In this document: positions 49,012 to 57,221 of the stretch, in pieces | Position numbering within the stretch: position 1 is the first letter of the stretch | How the letters are laid out: every line of letters starts with the position of its first letter | Assembly (NCBI GenBank): GCA_965205485.1 | Contig: OZ242180.1 | Location: forward strand, 4,672,001-4,736,000 | DNA length: 64,000 bases | From: Candidatus Latescibacterota bacterium | GTDB taxonomy: Bacteria; Latescibacterota; UBA2968; GCA-2709665 | Reading direction: 5' to 3' | The notes under the pieces: model-generated | What the model saw: the letters and a program-made list of their open reading frames with translations, nothing else | Database searches by the model: none | What the model was told of the DNA's origin: nothing | Made by a program: the position numbers and the translations under genes

Positions 49012-49437
49012 CTAATCTTCGACCGTTATACCAGCGCTTCGCGCCGTTCCCTCGATCATCCGTACGGCGGTTTCCAGACTGCCCGCATTCAGGTCTTCCA
49101 TCTTCATTTCGGCAATTTCCCGAACCTGGTCCCGCCTGACGCTGCCGACCTTGGTTCGATTGGATTCGGGCGATCCCTTCTCCAGGCCCGCAGCCCGTTT
49201 CAACAACACCGCGGCGGGGGGGCTCTTCGTGATGAAGGAGAAACTGCGGTCCGCAAACACGGTGATGACCGCGGGAACGATCAATCCCTGCTTGTCCTGG
49301 GTCTGAGCGTTAAACGCCTGGCAGAACTCCATGATGTTGACCCCGTGCTGGCCGAGCGCCGGCCCGACCGGGGGCGTGGGAGACGCCTGTCCCGCCGGAA
49401 TCTGAAGTTTAATTGTCGTCATTATCTTCTTTGCCAT
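49012..49437 (-). CDS. rplK: 50S ribosomal protein L11
   Basis: [25 protein letters not shown]. Confidence 0.98.
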   Translation of the reverse strand: MAKKIMTTIKLQIPAGQASPTPPVGPALGQHGVNIMEFCQAFNAQTQDKQGLIVPAVITVFADRSFSFITKSPPAAVLLKRAAGLEKGSPESNRTKVGSVRRDQVREIAEMKMEDLNAGSLETAVRMIEGTARSAGITVED

Positions 49438-49441
49438 CGCG

Positions 49442-49981
49442 CTACCCTTCCACGGCCTCTTCAACCTGAAGGACATCCAGTTCCACAGGCGTATTTCTGC
49501 CGAAGATGCTCACCATCACCTTGATTTTTCTCTTCTCCGGGTTCACGACGTCGACCATGCCGATAAACTCGCTGAAGGGTCCGTCTATAACCTTGACCCG
49601 ATCGCCGACCTGGTAGGGAATTTCCTGATCGTCCTGCTCCTGACGCCGGTCCACGTGTCCCAGCACGTGTTCCACTTCTTTTTCGTGAAGCGGCTGGGGA
49701 CGCTTGCCCGGTCCGACAAAGCTCGTTACGCCCGGCACATTGGTTACGAAGTGCATGGTCTCCTTGTCCATTTCCATTTCGACCAGAATGTAGCTGGGCA
49801 GGAACTTCCTGAAGGAGGTCGTCTTCCTCCCGTCTTTCATCTCCACGACCTCTTCGGTGGGAACCACGACCCGGTTGATCCTTTCCGCAACCTCGGTGCC
49901 TTCCTTGGCGCTTTCGAGATAGGAACGCACCTTGTTTTCGTGTCCCGAATAGGTATGCACGACGTACCAGCGCATTGCCAT
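49442..49981 (-). CDS. nusG: Transcription termination/antitermination factor NusG
   Basis: [30 protein letters not shown]. Confidence 0.98.
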   Translation of the reverse strand: MAMRWYVVHTYSGHENKVRSYLESAKEGTEVAERINRVVVPTEEVVEMKDGRKTTSFRKFLPSYILVEMEMDKETMHFVTNVPGVTSFVGPGKRPQPLHEKEVEHVLGHVDRRQEQDDQEIPYQVGDRVKVIDGPFSEFIGMVDVVNPEKRKIKVMVSIFGRNTPVELDVLQVEEAVEG

Positions 49982-50015
49982 GGGGCATCACTCACTGTTG
50001 GTTAACCTGCGGCCG

Positions 50016-50201
50016 TCAGCTCATTCCAAACCTGCGAACCAGCGAAAGCACGAAATCTACGGCGAAAATAAACACCGAAAGGACCAGCGAAACCACCAGC
50101 ACAATCGTCGTGGAAGCGATCAGCTCGTCCCGGGTCGGCCAGGTGACCTTGCCCATTTCAAGCTGCACGTCCTTAATGAACTGCGCGACTTTCGCGAACA
50201 T
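50016..50201 (-). CDS. secE: Preprotein translocase SecE
   Basis: EMGKVTWPTRDEL plus one TM helix; position between tRNA-Trp and nusG. Confidence 0.93.
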   Translation of the reverse strand: MFAKVAQFIKDVQLEMGKVTWPTRDELIASTTIVLVVSLVLSVFIFAVDFVLSLVRRFGMS

Positions 50202-50363
50202 CGGGTATACCGCCAGGGAAACGCCCCAACACCGGCAGCGGCCCGGGAATGAGCAGCCGGGTGCCGAATGGACGCGGGTTGATGGGGATTCGCAAAAGAA
50301 ACCCGGGTCCTGTAGGTGCTTGCGGAACTCGGGTGCGGGCCAGGTGGCTGTTTCGGAGGATAA

Positions 50364-50439
50364 TGGCAGGGCAGGCAGGAATCGAACCCGCAACCGCCGG
50401 TTTTGGAGACCGGTGCTCTACCAATTGAGCTACTGCCCT
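50364..50439 (-). tRNA. tRNA-Trp (CCA)
   Basis: AGGGCAGTAGCTCAATTGGTAGAGC...CTCCAAA...GGTTCGATTCC...CCA. Confidence 0.96.
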
Positions 50440-50447
50440 AACCCCAA

Positions 50448-50606
50448 CAGTCCGTTGATAAAGTCGCTCTGCATGCGAGGCCGAGGTATTGTGGCCGAAG
50501 ACAAGGCGCGCGACGGAGTCCCATCCTGCGATCCGGCGAGGGAGCGCAACGCAGTATTCGACCGCAAGGGCCGGCCGCAGCCCGGATGGGCTTTTTCAAC
50601 GGGCTG
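50448..50606 (+). mobile_element. MITE family B (159 bp) between rpmG and tRNA-Trp
   Basis: Same TIRs and body as the outer part of 26824-27131, without the nested insert. Confidence 0.85.
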
Positions 50607-50632
50607 CTTAATTCAGCAGTGAACCCTGAAAT

Positions 50633-50785
50633 TCAGCGAGTCTCCCGGTGCAGGGTATGCTTACGACAGAACCTGCAGTATTTCTTGAACTCGACGCGGT
50701 CCGGGTGCAGACGCCGATTCTTGTTCGTCGTATAGTTACGGCGTGCGCAGTCGGCGCAGGCCAATGTAATCAGATCTCTGGGCAT
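50633..50785 (-). CDS. rpmG: 50S ribosomal protein L33 (Zn-ribbon form); absent from ORF track
   Basis: Hand translation [50 protein letters not shown]. Confidence 0.96.
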   Translation of the reverse strand: MPRDLITLACADCARRNYTTNKNRRLHPDRVEFKKYCRFCRKHTLHRETR

Positions 50786-50807
50786 CGGTGGTGCCGGGAC
50801 GCAATTC

Positions 50808-50883
50808 TGGAGCCCACGACCGGACTTGAACCGGTGACCTCCTCCTTACCAAGGAGGTGCTCTACCGACTGAGCTACATGGGC
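50808..50883 (-). tRNA. tRNA-Thr (GGT)
   Basis: GCCCATGTAGCTCAGTCGGTAGAGC...TTGGTAA...GGTTCAAGTCC...CCA. Confidence 0.96.
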
Positions 50884-50937
50884 CATGATCCTGTCTGGAC
50901 GGCTGAAAAAGGGCCGATCAGACAGCGCGAAAGGTTT

Positions 50938-51014
50938 TGGAGCGGGAAACGGGACTCGAACCCGCGACATTCAGCTTGGAAGGCTGACGCTCTAGCCAAC
51001 TGAGCTATTCCCGC
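50938..51014 (-). tRNA. tRNA-Gly (TCC)
   Basis: GCGGGAATAGCTCAGTTGGCTAGAGC...CTTCCAA...GGTTCGAGTCC...CCA. Confidence 0.96.
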
Positions 51015-51086
51015 AAATCACAGGAAACGGCCCCCATCTGAGCTGGGTACATACCACGGCCATCCCTGAAAGTTTCCAGACTTAGG

Positions 51087-51115
51087 AAGCTATAATATAT
51101 AGGCAAGGATGTCAA
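51087..51115 (-). promoter_or_regulatory. Putative promoter for tRNA-Gly-Thr-rpmG...
   Basis: TTGACA-17 nt-TAGCTT in an AT-rich patch. Confidence 0.5.
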
Positions 51116-51245
51116 GTGTTTTATCAAAAAACAGCGCTCACAAAATCGAGAAAAACATCCACATCTCCCGATGACACACTCAGAAACCGCTCGGCCTCGC
51201 GGCGTGCGGTCGTTTACGTACATACGACAAAACCCCTCCGGTTTA

Positions 51246-51430
51246 GAAGTTGTATTAAAATTCCAGGTGAGTCCCGAGTGCGAGCGAAAATGTATCGGTC
51301 AAGGCGGGCAAATTTGCCTAAGAGAGGCGAGCAAGCGCAACCCCGACCTCTCGAAACGGGTGGATTTGCCCAATGCAGACCGACGCTTTTGCAGCCACAC
51401 GAAGACCGCTGGGGGTTTTAAGACAGCTTC
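51246..51430 (+). mobile_element. MITE family A, long variant (185 bp)
   Basis: TTA|GAAGTTGTATTAAAATT...TTTTAAGACAGCTTC|TTA (3-bp duplication); extra internal hairpin GAGAGGCG...CGACCTCTC. Confidence 0.85.
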
Positions 51431-51456
51431 TTAGGAGGGGCTCGGAGCCCGGGACT

Positions 51457-51542
51457 TGGTGGGGAGGGGCGGATTCGAACCACCGAAGGCGTCAGCCAAC
51501 AGATTTACAGTCTGCCCCCGTTGACCGCTTGGGTACCTCCCC
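51457..51542 (-). tRNA. tRNA-Tyr (GTA)
   Basis: GGGGAGGTACCCAAGCGGTCAACGG...CTGTAAA...long variable arm...GGTTCGAATCC...CCA. Confidence 0.96.
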
Positions 51543-51566
51543 ACTCAGGATGAAATCAGGGCGGAA

Positions 51567-51595
51567 ATAATACATGTGGGCGCCTGGAAAGTCAA
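51567..51595 (-). promoter_or_regulatory. Sigma70 promoter for tRNA-Tyr
   Basis: TTGACT-17 nt-TATTAT. Confidence 0.7.
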
Positions 51596-51617
51596 GCGGA
51601 AAAGTGCGAATTGCCGT

Positions 51618-51646
51618 TTGACATCCCCGGAACGAATGCGTATTTT
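51618..51646 (+). promoter_or_regulatory. Sigma70 promoter for isomerase gene
   Basis: TTGACA-17 nt-TATTTT, back-to-back with the tRNA promoter. Confidence 0.6.
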
Positions 51647-51808
51647 GGCACTTCCGTCCAGTCGGCGCCCGCGCATTCGGGGCAACCCCGACGGACACCT
51701 TCCCCGTGTGTGCCGACGGGTAGAAATCGGCGATCTGCTTCCGTATCCCGAATCGCCACCCTCGCGATTCGGAACCCACTTGCGGCAGGAGAGAAAGGAG
51801 TCCCTGTT

Positions 51809-52723
51809 GTGACCGAACCCATTCAGAACTACGCTCGCATCGGCATCGTCCACTTTATGGCCTACAAATCCTGCATCGGGGGTGAAGGACCGATTCTTGA
51901 AACGCTTGAGAGAATCGCGCTGGACCCGTATTTCCAGGCTGTGGAAGTCACGCACATGAAGGACGAAGCCGTACGCGCCGGTGCCGCCGAATTGCTCGCG
52001 GCCGCGCACATGGACGTGGCCTTCGGCGCCCAACCCATCCTTCTTGGAGGCAATCTGGATATCAACGCCAACGACGAGGACCACAGGCTCGGCGCCGTAG
52101 ACGCGGTCAAGGCCGGGATCGAGCAGGCCGAAGCGCTGGGCGCCCCGGGGGTAGCGTTGCTTTCCGGCACGGATCCCGGTCCCGGAGCCCGCGAGCGGGG
52201 CGTGGACCTGCTGGTCGACTCACTCTATCGGCTTTGCGATGACGCGGCAGGCAGGAACATGAACGTGGTATTGGAGACGTTCGACCGTGTCCCCTTTGGC
52301 AAGAATTGTCTCGTAGGCCCGAATGCACTGGCGGTCGAAGTGTCTTCGAGGATCAGGCGGGAATATTCCAACTTCGGATTGATGCTCGATCTGAGTCATT
52401 TCCCCCTTCAGGGTGAAAGCTCGGAATATGCACTGAGAATTGCTCGGGACCATCTGGTACACGCCCATATCGGCAACTGCGTGATGCGGAATCCCGATCA
52501 TCCGGCCTACGGTGACAACCACCCCCGGTTCGGTTGCGAAGACGGCGAGAACGACGTACCGGAAGCCGTGGAATTCCTCAGCGAACTCCTCGACATCGGA
52601 TTCCTGGATCCGGACAGGCGCCCCATTCTGAGCTTCGAAGTCTCTCCGATGGAAGGAGAGTCGCCCGAAATCGTCATCGCCAACGCGAAACGGGTACTCG
52701 ATACGGCGTGGGCGCAGGTCTGA
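51809..52723 (+). CDS. Sugar phosphate isomerase/epimerase (xylose isomerase-like TIM barrel)
   Basis: VVLETFD, LMLDLSHFP, HAHIGNC, SFEV metal-ligand pattern; GTG start after AAGGAG. Confidence 0.8.
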   Translation: MTEPIQNYARIGIVHFMAYKSCIGGEGPILETLERIALDPYFQAVEVTHMKDEAVRAGAAELLAAAHMDVAFGAQPILLGGNLDINANDEDHRLGAVDAVKAGIEQAEALGAPGVALLSGTDPGPGARERGVDLLVDSLYRLCDDAAGRNMNVVLETFDRVPFGKNCLVGPNALAVEVSSRIRREYSNFGLMLDLSHFPLQGESSEYALRIARDHLVHAHIGNCVMRNPDHPAYGDNHPRFGCEDGENDVPEAVEFLSELLDIGFLDPDRRPILSFEVSPMEGESPEIVIANAKRVLDTAWAQV

Positions 52724-52725
52724 TC

Positions 52726-53484
52726 TCATCCAGCGCCCCGGGAATCCGCAGCCCGGATCCCGATCAGCCATCCGAATACCCATGCAAACACGACCATCAG
52801 ATAAAACGAGCCGATTGACCCGACGAACATGGCCACCGGCGGTACCGCGCCCAATATCAGATTCACGAGGAGGAGCAGCCCGAAGCAGAGATAGAACCCC
52901 AGACACGCCTGCGTGTACCTCCCCCCGCGAACCGCCCGCCCCAGATCCGAAAGGATCGCTCCCGGATCGAACGAGGCCCAGATCTTGCGCTCGGCCGCGA
53001 ACCGCGCGAAGACGATGGGCAGCAGCCCGTAGAGCATCATCGCGGCGCCGATCGCCAGCAACGTCACCGCGCTCAGCCGGGTGGGGTCGTCACCGGGAGG
53101 AAACAGGCCGAAAACAGCCATTGCGGCGAGCGCCCCAAGACCGACCAGGAACAGATATCCGAGATAGATCACACCAAGGCGGACCCCCACGGCAGCGTAC
53201 TGCAGCCAGTCGCTCCACTCGGGCAGGCGACGGAATTCAAGGCCGTTCAACGCGTCGACGAAGACACGATAGACATATCCCCAGGTAACAACCGTCGGCA
53301 GCACGAAGAAAACAACCGCGACCGGCGCGAGCATTTTGGAGACTTTTCCCAATGCCATAAAGACGGCGAGCAGCAGCGCCAGATTCGGCAGCAGGGACAG
53401 CAACCCGCCCACCAGCACCTTCTGCCGCCAGCGCTCATCCTGCAGAGGCGCGCGCAGCGCGAATGCAAGAAACGGACCGAACAT
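52726..53484 (-). CDS. Membrane protein, DUF4013-like
   Basis: AL..P..DERWRQKVLVGG, GY..RV, LPEWSDW, multiple TM helices. Confidence 0.65.
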   Translation of the reverse strand: MFGPFLAFALRAPLQDERWRQKVLVGGLLSLLPNLALLLAVFMALGKVSKMLAPVAVVFFVLPTVVTWGYVYRVFVDALNGLEFRRLPEWSDWLQYAAVGVRLGVIYLGYLFLVGLGALAAMAVFGLFPPGDDPTRLSAVTLLAIGAAMMLYGLLPIVFARFAAERKIWASFDPGAILSDLGRAVRGGRYTQACLGFYLCFGLLLLVNLILGAVPPVAMFVGSIGSFYLMVVFAWVFGWLIGIRAADSRGAG

Positions 53485-53526
53485 ACGCCACGACGCGAAG
53501 CGAATCGCGTCCCCAATCCTCCTTTA

Positions 53527-53551
53527 GAAGCTGTTTTAAAATTGCAGCTTC
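53527..53551. repeat. Collapsed family-A element (fused TIRs) forming a hairpin after metB
   Basis: TTA|GAAGCTGTTTTAAAATTGCAGCTTC|TTT. Confidence 0.65.
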
Positions 53552-53557
53552 TTTAGT

Positions 53558-54751
53558 TTATAGCGCCTCGAGCGCCCTTTCCACGTCGCCGATCAGGTCT
53601 TCCGCGTCCTCGACCCCCACGGAATAGCGTACGAGTTCGTCGCTGATCCCAATGGCGATCCGGTCCTCGCGTTCCATTTCGTAGTAGGAAATGGTTGACG
53701 GATGAGAGACGATGCTCTCCACCCCGCCCAGGCTTGCGCCAATACAGGGTATTTCCAGGCTATCGAGGAACGCCATGGTTCCGGCCAGATCGGCGTCAAG
53801 ATCGAAACTCACCACGCCTCCGTACCCGTTCATCTGCTCCCGCGCAACCCGGTGGTGCGGGTGGCTCTCCAGACCGGGATAGTAGACCTGGCGCACCCCG
53901 GGTCTCCCTTCCAGAAAACGGGCAAGCGCCAGCGCGGTCTCGTTCTGACGCGCCATTCTCAACGGGAATGTCTTGATCCCCCTGATCAGCAGATACGCGC
54001 AATGGGGGTCGATAACCCCTCCCAGGATACCGCGATAGTCCTTAATGGCCGATACCAGCGGCTCAGGTCCAGCAACGGCGCCCGCGATAAGGTCGTTATG
54101 CCCCCCCAGATACTTGGTCGCGCTGTGAATGACCAGATCGACGCCGAATTCGAGGGGACGCTGGTTGAACGGTGTAGCAAACGTACTGTCAATAACGACT
54201 TTCGCACGGTTCGCCCTGGCGACGGCGACCACCTTTTCGAGATCCATCACATTCAGATGCGGGTTGGTCGGCGACTCCGCAATCACCACTCTCGTATTCT
54301 CCTGCATGGCCGACTCCAGCCTTCCATAGTCGCCTGCGGGAACGAAGGTGGTGGCGATGCCGAACTTCTTCAGCATCTGCTCGCAGAACTGCGCGGTCTT
54401 CCGATAACAGTCGTCTGTGATCACGGCGTGGTACCCCGAGGACAGCATGCCCAACAGGGTCGTCGTCACGGCGCTCATCCCGGACGAAAACAACAGCGCC
54501 GAATCCGCACCCTCGAGTTCGGCCAGTTTTCGTTCGGCAATCTGTTGCGTCGGGTTTCCGTAGCGCCCGTAATCGAGTCGGGCCGAACGCCCCGACACGA
54601 AATCGTCAACCGCCGCGGTGTTCTCGAACACGTAGGTGGACGTCTGCGCGATCGGAACCGTAAGGGAGTGCCCCCAATGCCCTCCGCCTTCCCCCGCGTG
54701 GACGGCACGGGTGGAACTGCAGGCGCCGTCCGACGATGGCTTCTTGTCCAT
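53558..54751 (-). CDS. metB: Cystathionine gamma-synthase, plant-type
   Basis: YGRYGNPT, SSGMSA, DCYRKT, ESPTNP, HSATKYLGGHND (PLP Lys), SLGGVES; ATG after GGAGG. Confidence 0.85.
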   Translation of the reverse strand: MDKKPSSDGACSSTRAVHAGEGGGHWGHSLTVPIAQTSTYVFENTAAVDDFVSGRSARLDYGRYGNPTQQIAERKLAELEGADSALLFSSGMSAVTTTLLGMLSSGYHAVITDDCYRKTAQFCEQMLKKFGIATTFVPAGDYGRLESAMQENTRVVIAESPTNPHLNVMDLEKVVAVARANRAKVVIDSTFATPFNQRPLEFGVDLVIHSATKYLGGHNDLIAGAVAGPEPLVSAIKDYRGILGGVIDPHCAYLLIRGIKTFPLRMARQNETALALARFLEGRPGVRQVYYPGLESHPHHRVAREQMNGYGGVVSFDLDADLAGTMAFLDSLEIPCIGASLGGVESIVSHPSTISYYEMEREDRIAIGISDELVRYSVGVEDAEDLIGDVERALEAL

Positions 54752-54770
54752 CGCATCCTCCGGAAAGGAC

Positions 54771-54799
54771 AAAAAAAAACTGAAGCCAAAAAGCCCCAG
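54771..54799 (-). terminator. Intrinsic terminator in metB leader (riboswitch expression platform)
   Basis: CTGGGGC-TTTTTG-GCTTCAG followed by 9 T. Confidence 0.75.
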
Positions 54800-54837
54800 A
54801 GAACCTGAATACGCAACCAGCTATCGTATGGGTGATC

Positions 54838-54891
54838 AGCTTTTTAGCGATTTCTTTATAGTGGCTGCAATATGCCTCAAATCACCACTAC
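54838..54891 (-). promoter_or_regulatory. SAM-II (SAM_alpha-like) riboswitch aptamer
   Basis: GTAGTGGTGATTTGAGGCATATTGCAGCCACTATAAAGAAATCGCTAAAAAG: P1 GTAGTGG/CCACTAT, pseudoknot TGATTT/AAATCG, TTGCAG and GCTAAA motifs; upstream of a Met gene. Confidence 0.82.
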
Positions 54892-54908
54892 ACTGAATCT
54901 GATCCATC

Positions 54909-54937
54909 AATTTAACCAAATCCGTCGCCGCTGTCAA
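54909..54937 (-). promoter_or_regulatory. Sigma70 promoter for riboswitch-metB
   Basis: TTGACA-17 nt-TAAATT; the -35 overlaps the thrC TGA stop. Confidence 0.72.
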
Positions 54938-56280
54938 CCACCGTTCAGATCGAGCGTCCGAAAGATCCGGTCCCGGACCGGACCGTATTCCGCCGGCAGC
55001 TGCAAGGGCAGGTTCGCATGGTTCGGGTCCACGTCGAATGCCCCGAGTTCGGCCTGGTGGTACCTGATCTTGAAATCGGCGAACTTCAATCCGTGGGCGG
55101 TGGAAATCACCACAACACGCTCGTCTCTCCGGATGACGCCGCGGTCCACCAGTTTGAAGAGCGCGGCAAAGGCCACGCCCGTGTGCGGGCACGAAAACAG
55201 ACCCGTTCGATCCGCCCGCGCCGCCGCGTCCGCCAGTTCCTGATCGGTGGCCTGCTCCACGACGCCACCGATGTTCTTGAGGGTCCTGATCGCCTTTTCG
55301 GTACTGACCGGATCTCCAATCTGGATGGCGCTGGCCAGAGTCGATTGCGCCTCGAGAGGTTCAAACGTGTCGAAATCGTTGAGAAAGCTGCGGTAAAGCG
55401 GATTTGCCCTGGCGCTCTGAGCAACCGCGATTCGGGGCACGCGGTCGACAAGGCCCATCTCCTTCAACTCGCTGAAGCCCTTTCCCAGCGCGCTGACGTT
55501 GCCCAGGTTTCCCCCGGGAATCACGATCCATTGCGGCAGTTCCCAGTCGAACTGCTGCAACAACTCCACGCTGACGGTCTTCTGCCCTTCGACACGAAGT
55601 GAATTCATCGAATTGGCAAGGTAGATGTTCTCCCTGTGGCAAATCTCCTGAACCAGCTTCATGCACCCGTCGAAGTCCGTATCCAGACTCAATACCAGCG
55701 CCCCGTTGGCCATCGGCTGCACGAGCTGGGCCGTAGAAACTTTGTCCCGAGGCAGAAACACGACCGCCTGTATGCCGGCATGCGCGCAGTAGGCCGCCAG
55801 AGCCGCCGAGGTGTCCCCGGTCGAGGCACACGCGGCGGCGGGGATGCGCTGCCCTTCGGAGACCATTTGCCGTACCATCGACACCAGCACCGTCATGCCC
55901 AGATCCTTGAACGAACCGGTGTGACTGTTTCCACATTGCTTGACCCACAGGTCCTCGACTCCGATCTCCCGGCCGAGACGCTCGGCCCAGAACAGATTGC
56001 TCCCCCCTTCGTACATCGACACGACGTTGTCGTCGTCCACAACGGGACACACCATTTCCTTCTTGCCCCATACCGAACTGCCGTACGGCCATTCCGTGCG
56101 CATATACCTCCGATCGAACAGGCGACGCCAGCTATCGGGTGATCGGTTGCGAAGCGCTTCCACGTCGTGGCGCACCTCGAGCAGACCGCCGCACTTCGGA
56201 CACGCGTAGATGATCTGCGTCAGGGGATAACGGCCGCTGCAACCCTTGAAACATCGAAACCAGGCCTTGAACGACGTCAC
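54934..56280 (-). CDS. thrC: Threonine synthase, plant-type
   Basis: [39 protein letters not shown] (PLP Lys), [39 protein letters not shown] start. Confidence 0.93.
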   Translation of the reverse strand: MTSFKAWFRCFKGCSGRYPLTQIIYACPKCGGLLEVRHDVEALRNRSPDSWRRLFDRRYMRTEWPYGSSVWGKKEMVCPVVDDDNVVSMYEGGSNLFWAERLGREIGVEDLWVKQCGNSHTGSFKDLGMTVLVSMVRQMVSEGQRIPAAACASTGDTSAALAAYCAHAGIQAVVFLPRDKVSTAQLVQPMANGALVLSLDTDFDGCMKLVQEICHRENIYLANSMNSLRVEGQKTVSVELLQQFDWELPQWIVIPGGNLGNVSALGKGFSELKEMGLVDRVPRIAVAQSARANPLYRSFLNDFDTFEPLEAQSTLASAIQIGDPVSTEKAIRTLKNIGGVVEQATDQELADAAARADRTGLFSCPHTGVAFAALFKLVDRGVIRRDERVVVISTAHGLKFADFKIRYHQAELGAFDVDPNHANLPLQLPAEYGPVRDRIFRTLDLNGG

Positions 56281-56393
56281 GCCAACCCCCTGACCGCATG
56301 AGTCGCCGGCACGCACCGGGAAACAGGTCTTCTCTTTTCTTGACGACCGATAAGCCGCACGCCGCCCGCGTGTGCATTCCCGTCTTCCACGTC

Positions 56394-57221
56394 TCAGATG
56401 ATCTCCAGCGAATTTCCGGGCAACCACCCGCCAATGCCGTTTGGCAACCGCACCAGATACCAGCGTTCTTCGACCCGTTCAATCGTTACCTTCGTACCTT
56501 CATGGATCGTGAATACGAGCAGATAATCGTCGCCCGGCCCGCTTCGTCCCCGCACCTCGTCCGCAAGGACGATCGCTTCCGAAGCGGCGTTCTCGCTATA
56601 GATCCGGTTCGTCAGCAGCGCGACCGAACCGCACAACCCCATGCCCGCCAGCACCAGCAAACCGATCCACAACGAGCGACGAGAAGGCGCAAGAAGCCGG
56701 ATCACGCCGGCGAACGCAGCAAGGAACAGGCAGACGCTTCCGGACACGGCCAGCACATCAGCGCTCAGCAGGCGGTCGACGGACGACAGGATGCGGGTTG
56801 CGAGATTGACGTTGCCATCCGGACTTCTGTCGACCTTCAACGCGTTCACGAATCGAAGATTCGCCAGCACATCTTCATCATCCGGCATCAACCTGAGCGC
56901 CCGCTCATACGCGAGAATGGCCTGCCCCGTTTCCCCTGCCTTGAACCAGGCATTGCCAAGGTTGAAGAAGACGTAGCCGTTCCGCACGCCCCGTGAGACG
57001 ATTTCCTCGTACCGACCCGCCGCCTTTCTGAATTCACCCTGCCCGTAAAGGGCGTTCGCCTCGTTATAGATGCTCGCGCCGGTCCCGTCGCCGCAGACCG
57101 CGCCGGGGAACAGCAGAAATACCAGTACCGCCGGCATGGCCGAGCCTGCCAGAGGAACGGCGGAATCCAGAGCCCGGAAGACCCGCCGGACGCCGCCGGT
57201 CCGTGCGCGCCCGTCCCTCAT
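56394..57221 (-). CDS. batE: BatE-like TPR + SH3b protein
   Basis: [22 protein letters not shown], 2 TM helices, RSGPG...HEGTKV...GWLP. Confidence 0.8.
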   Translation of the reverse strand: MRDGRARTGGVRRVFRALDSAVPLAGSAMPAVLVFLLFPGAVCGDGTGASIYNEANALYGQGEFRKAAGRYEEIVSRGVRNGYVFFNLGNAWFKAGETGQAILAYERALRLMPDDEDVLANLRFVNALKVDRSPDGNVNLATRILSSVDRLLSADVLAVSGSVCLFLAAFAGVIRLLAPSRRSLWIGLLVLAGMGLCGSVALLTNRIYSENAASEAIVLADEVRGRSGPGDDYLLVFTIHEGTKVTIERVEERWYLVRLPNGIGGWLPGNSLEII

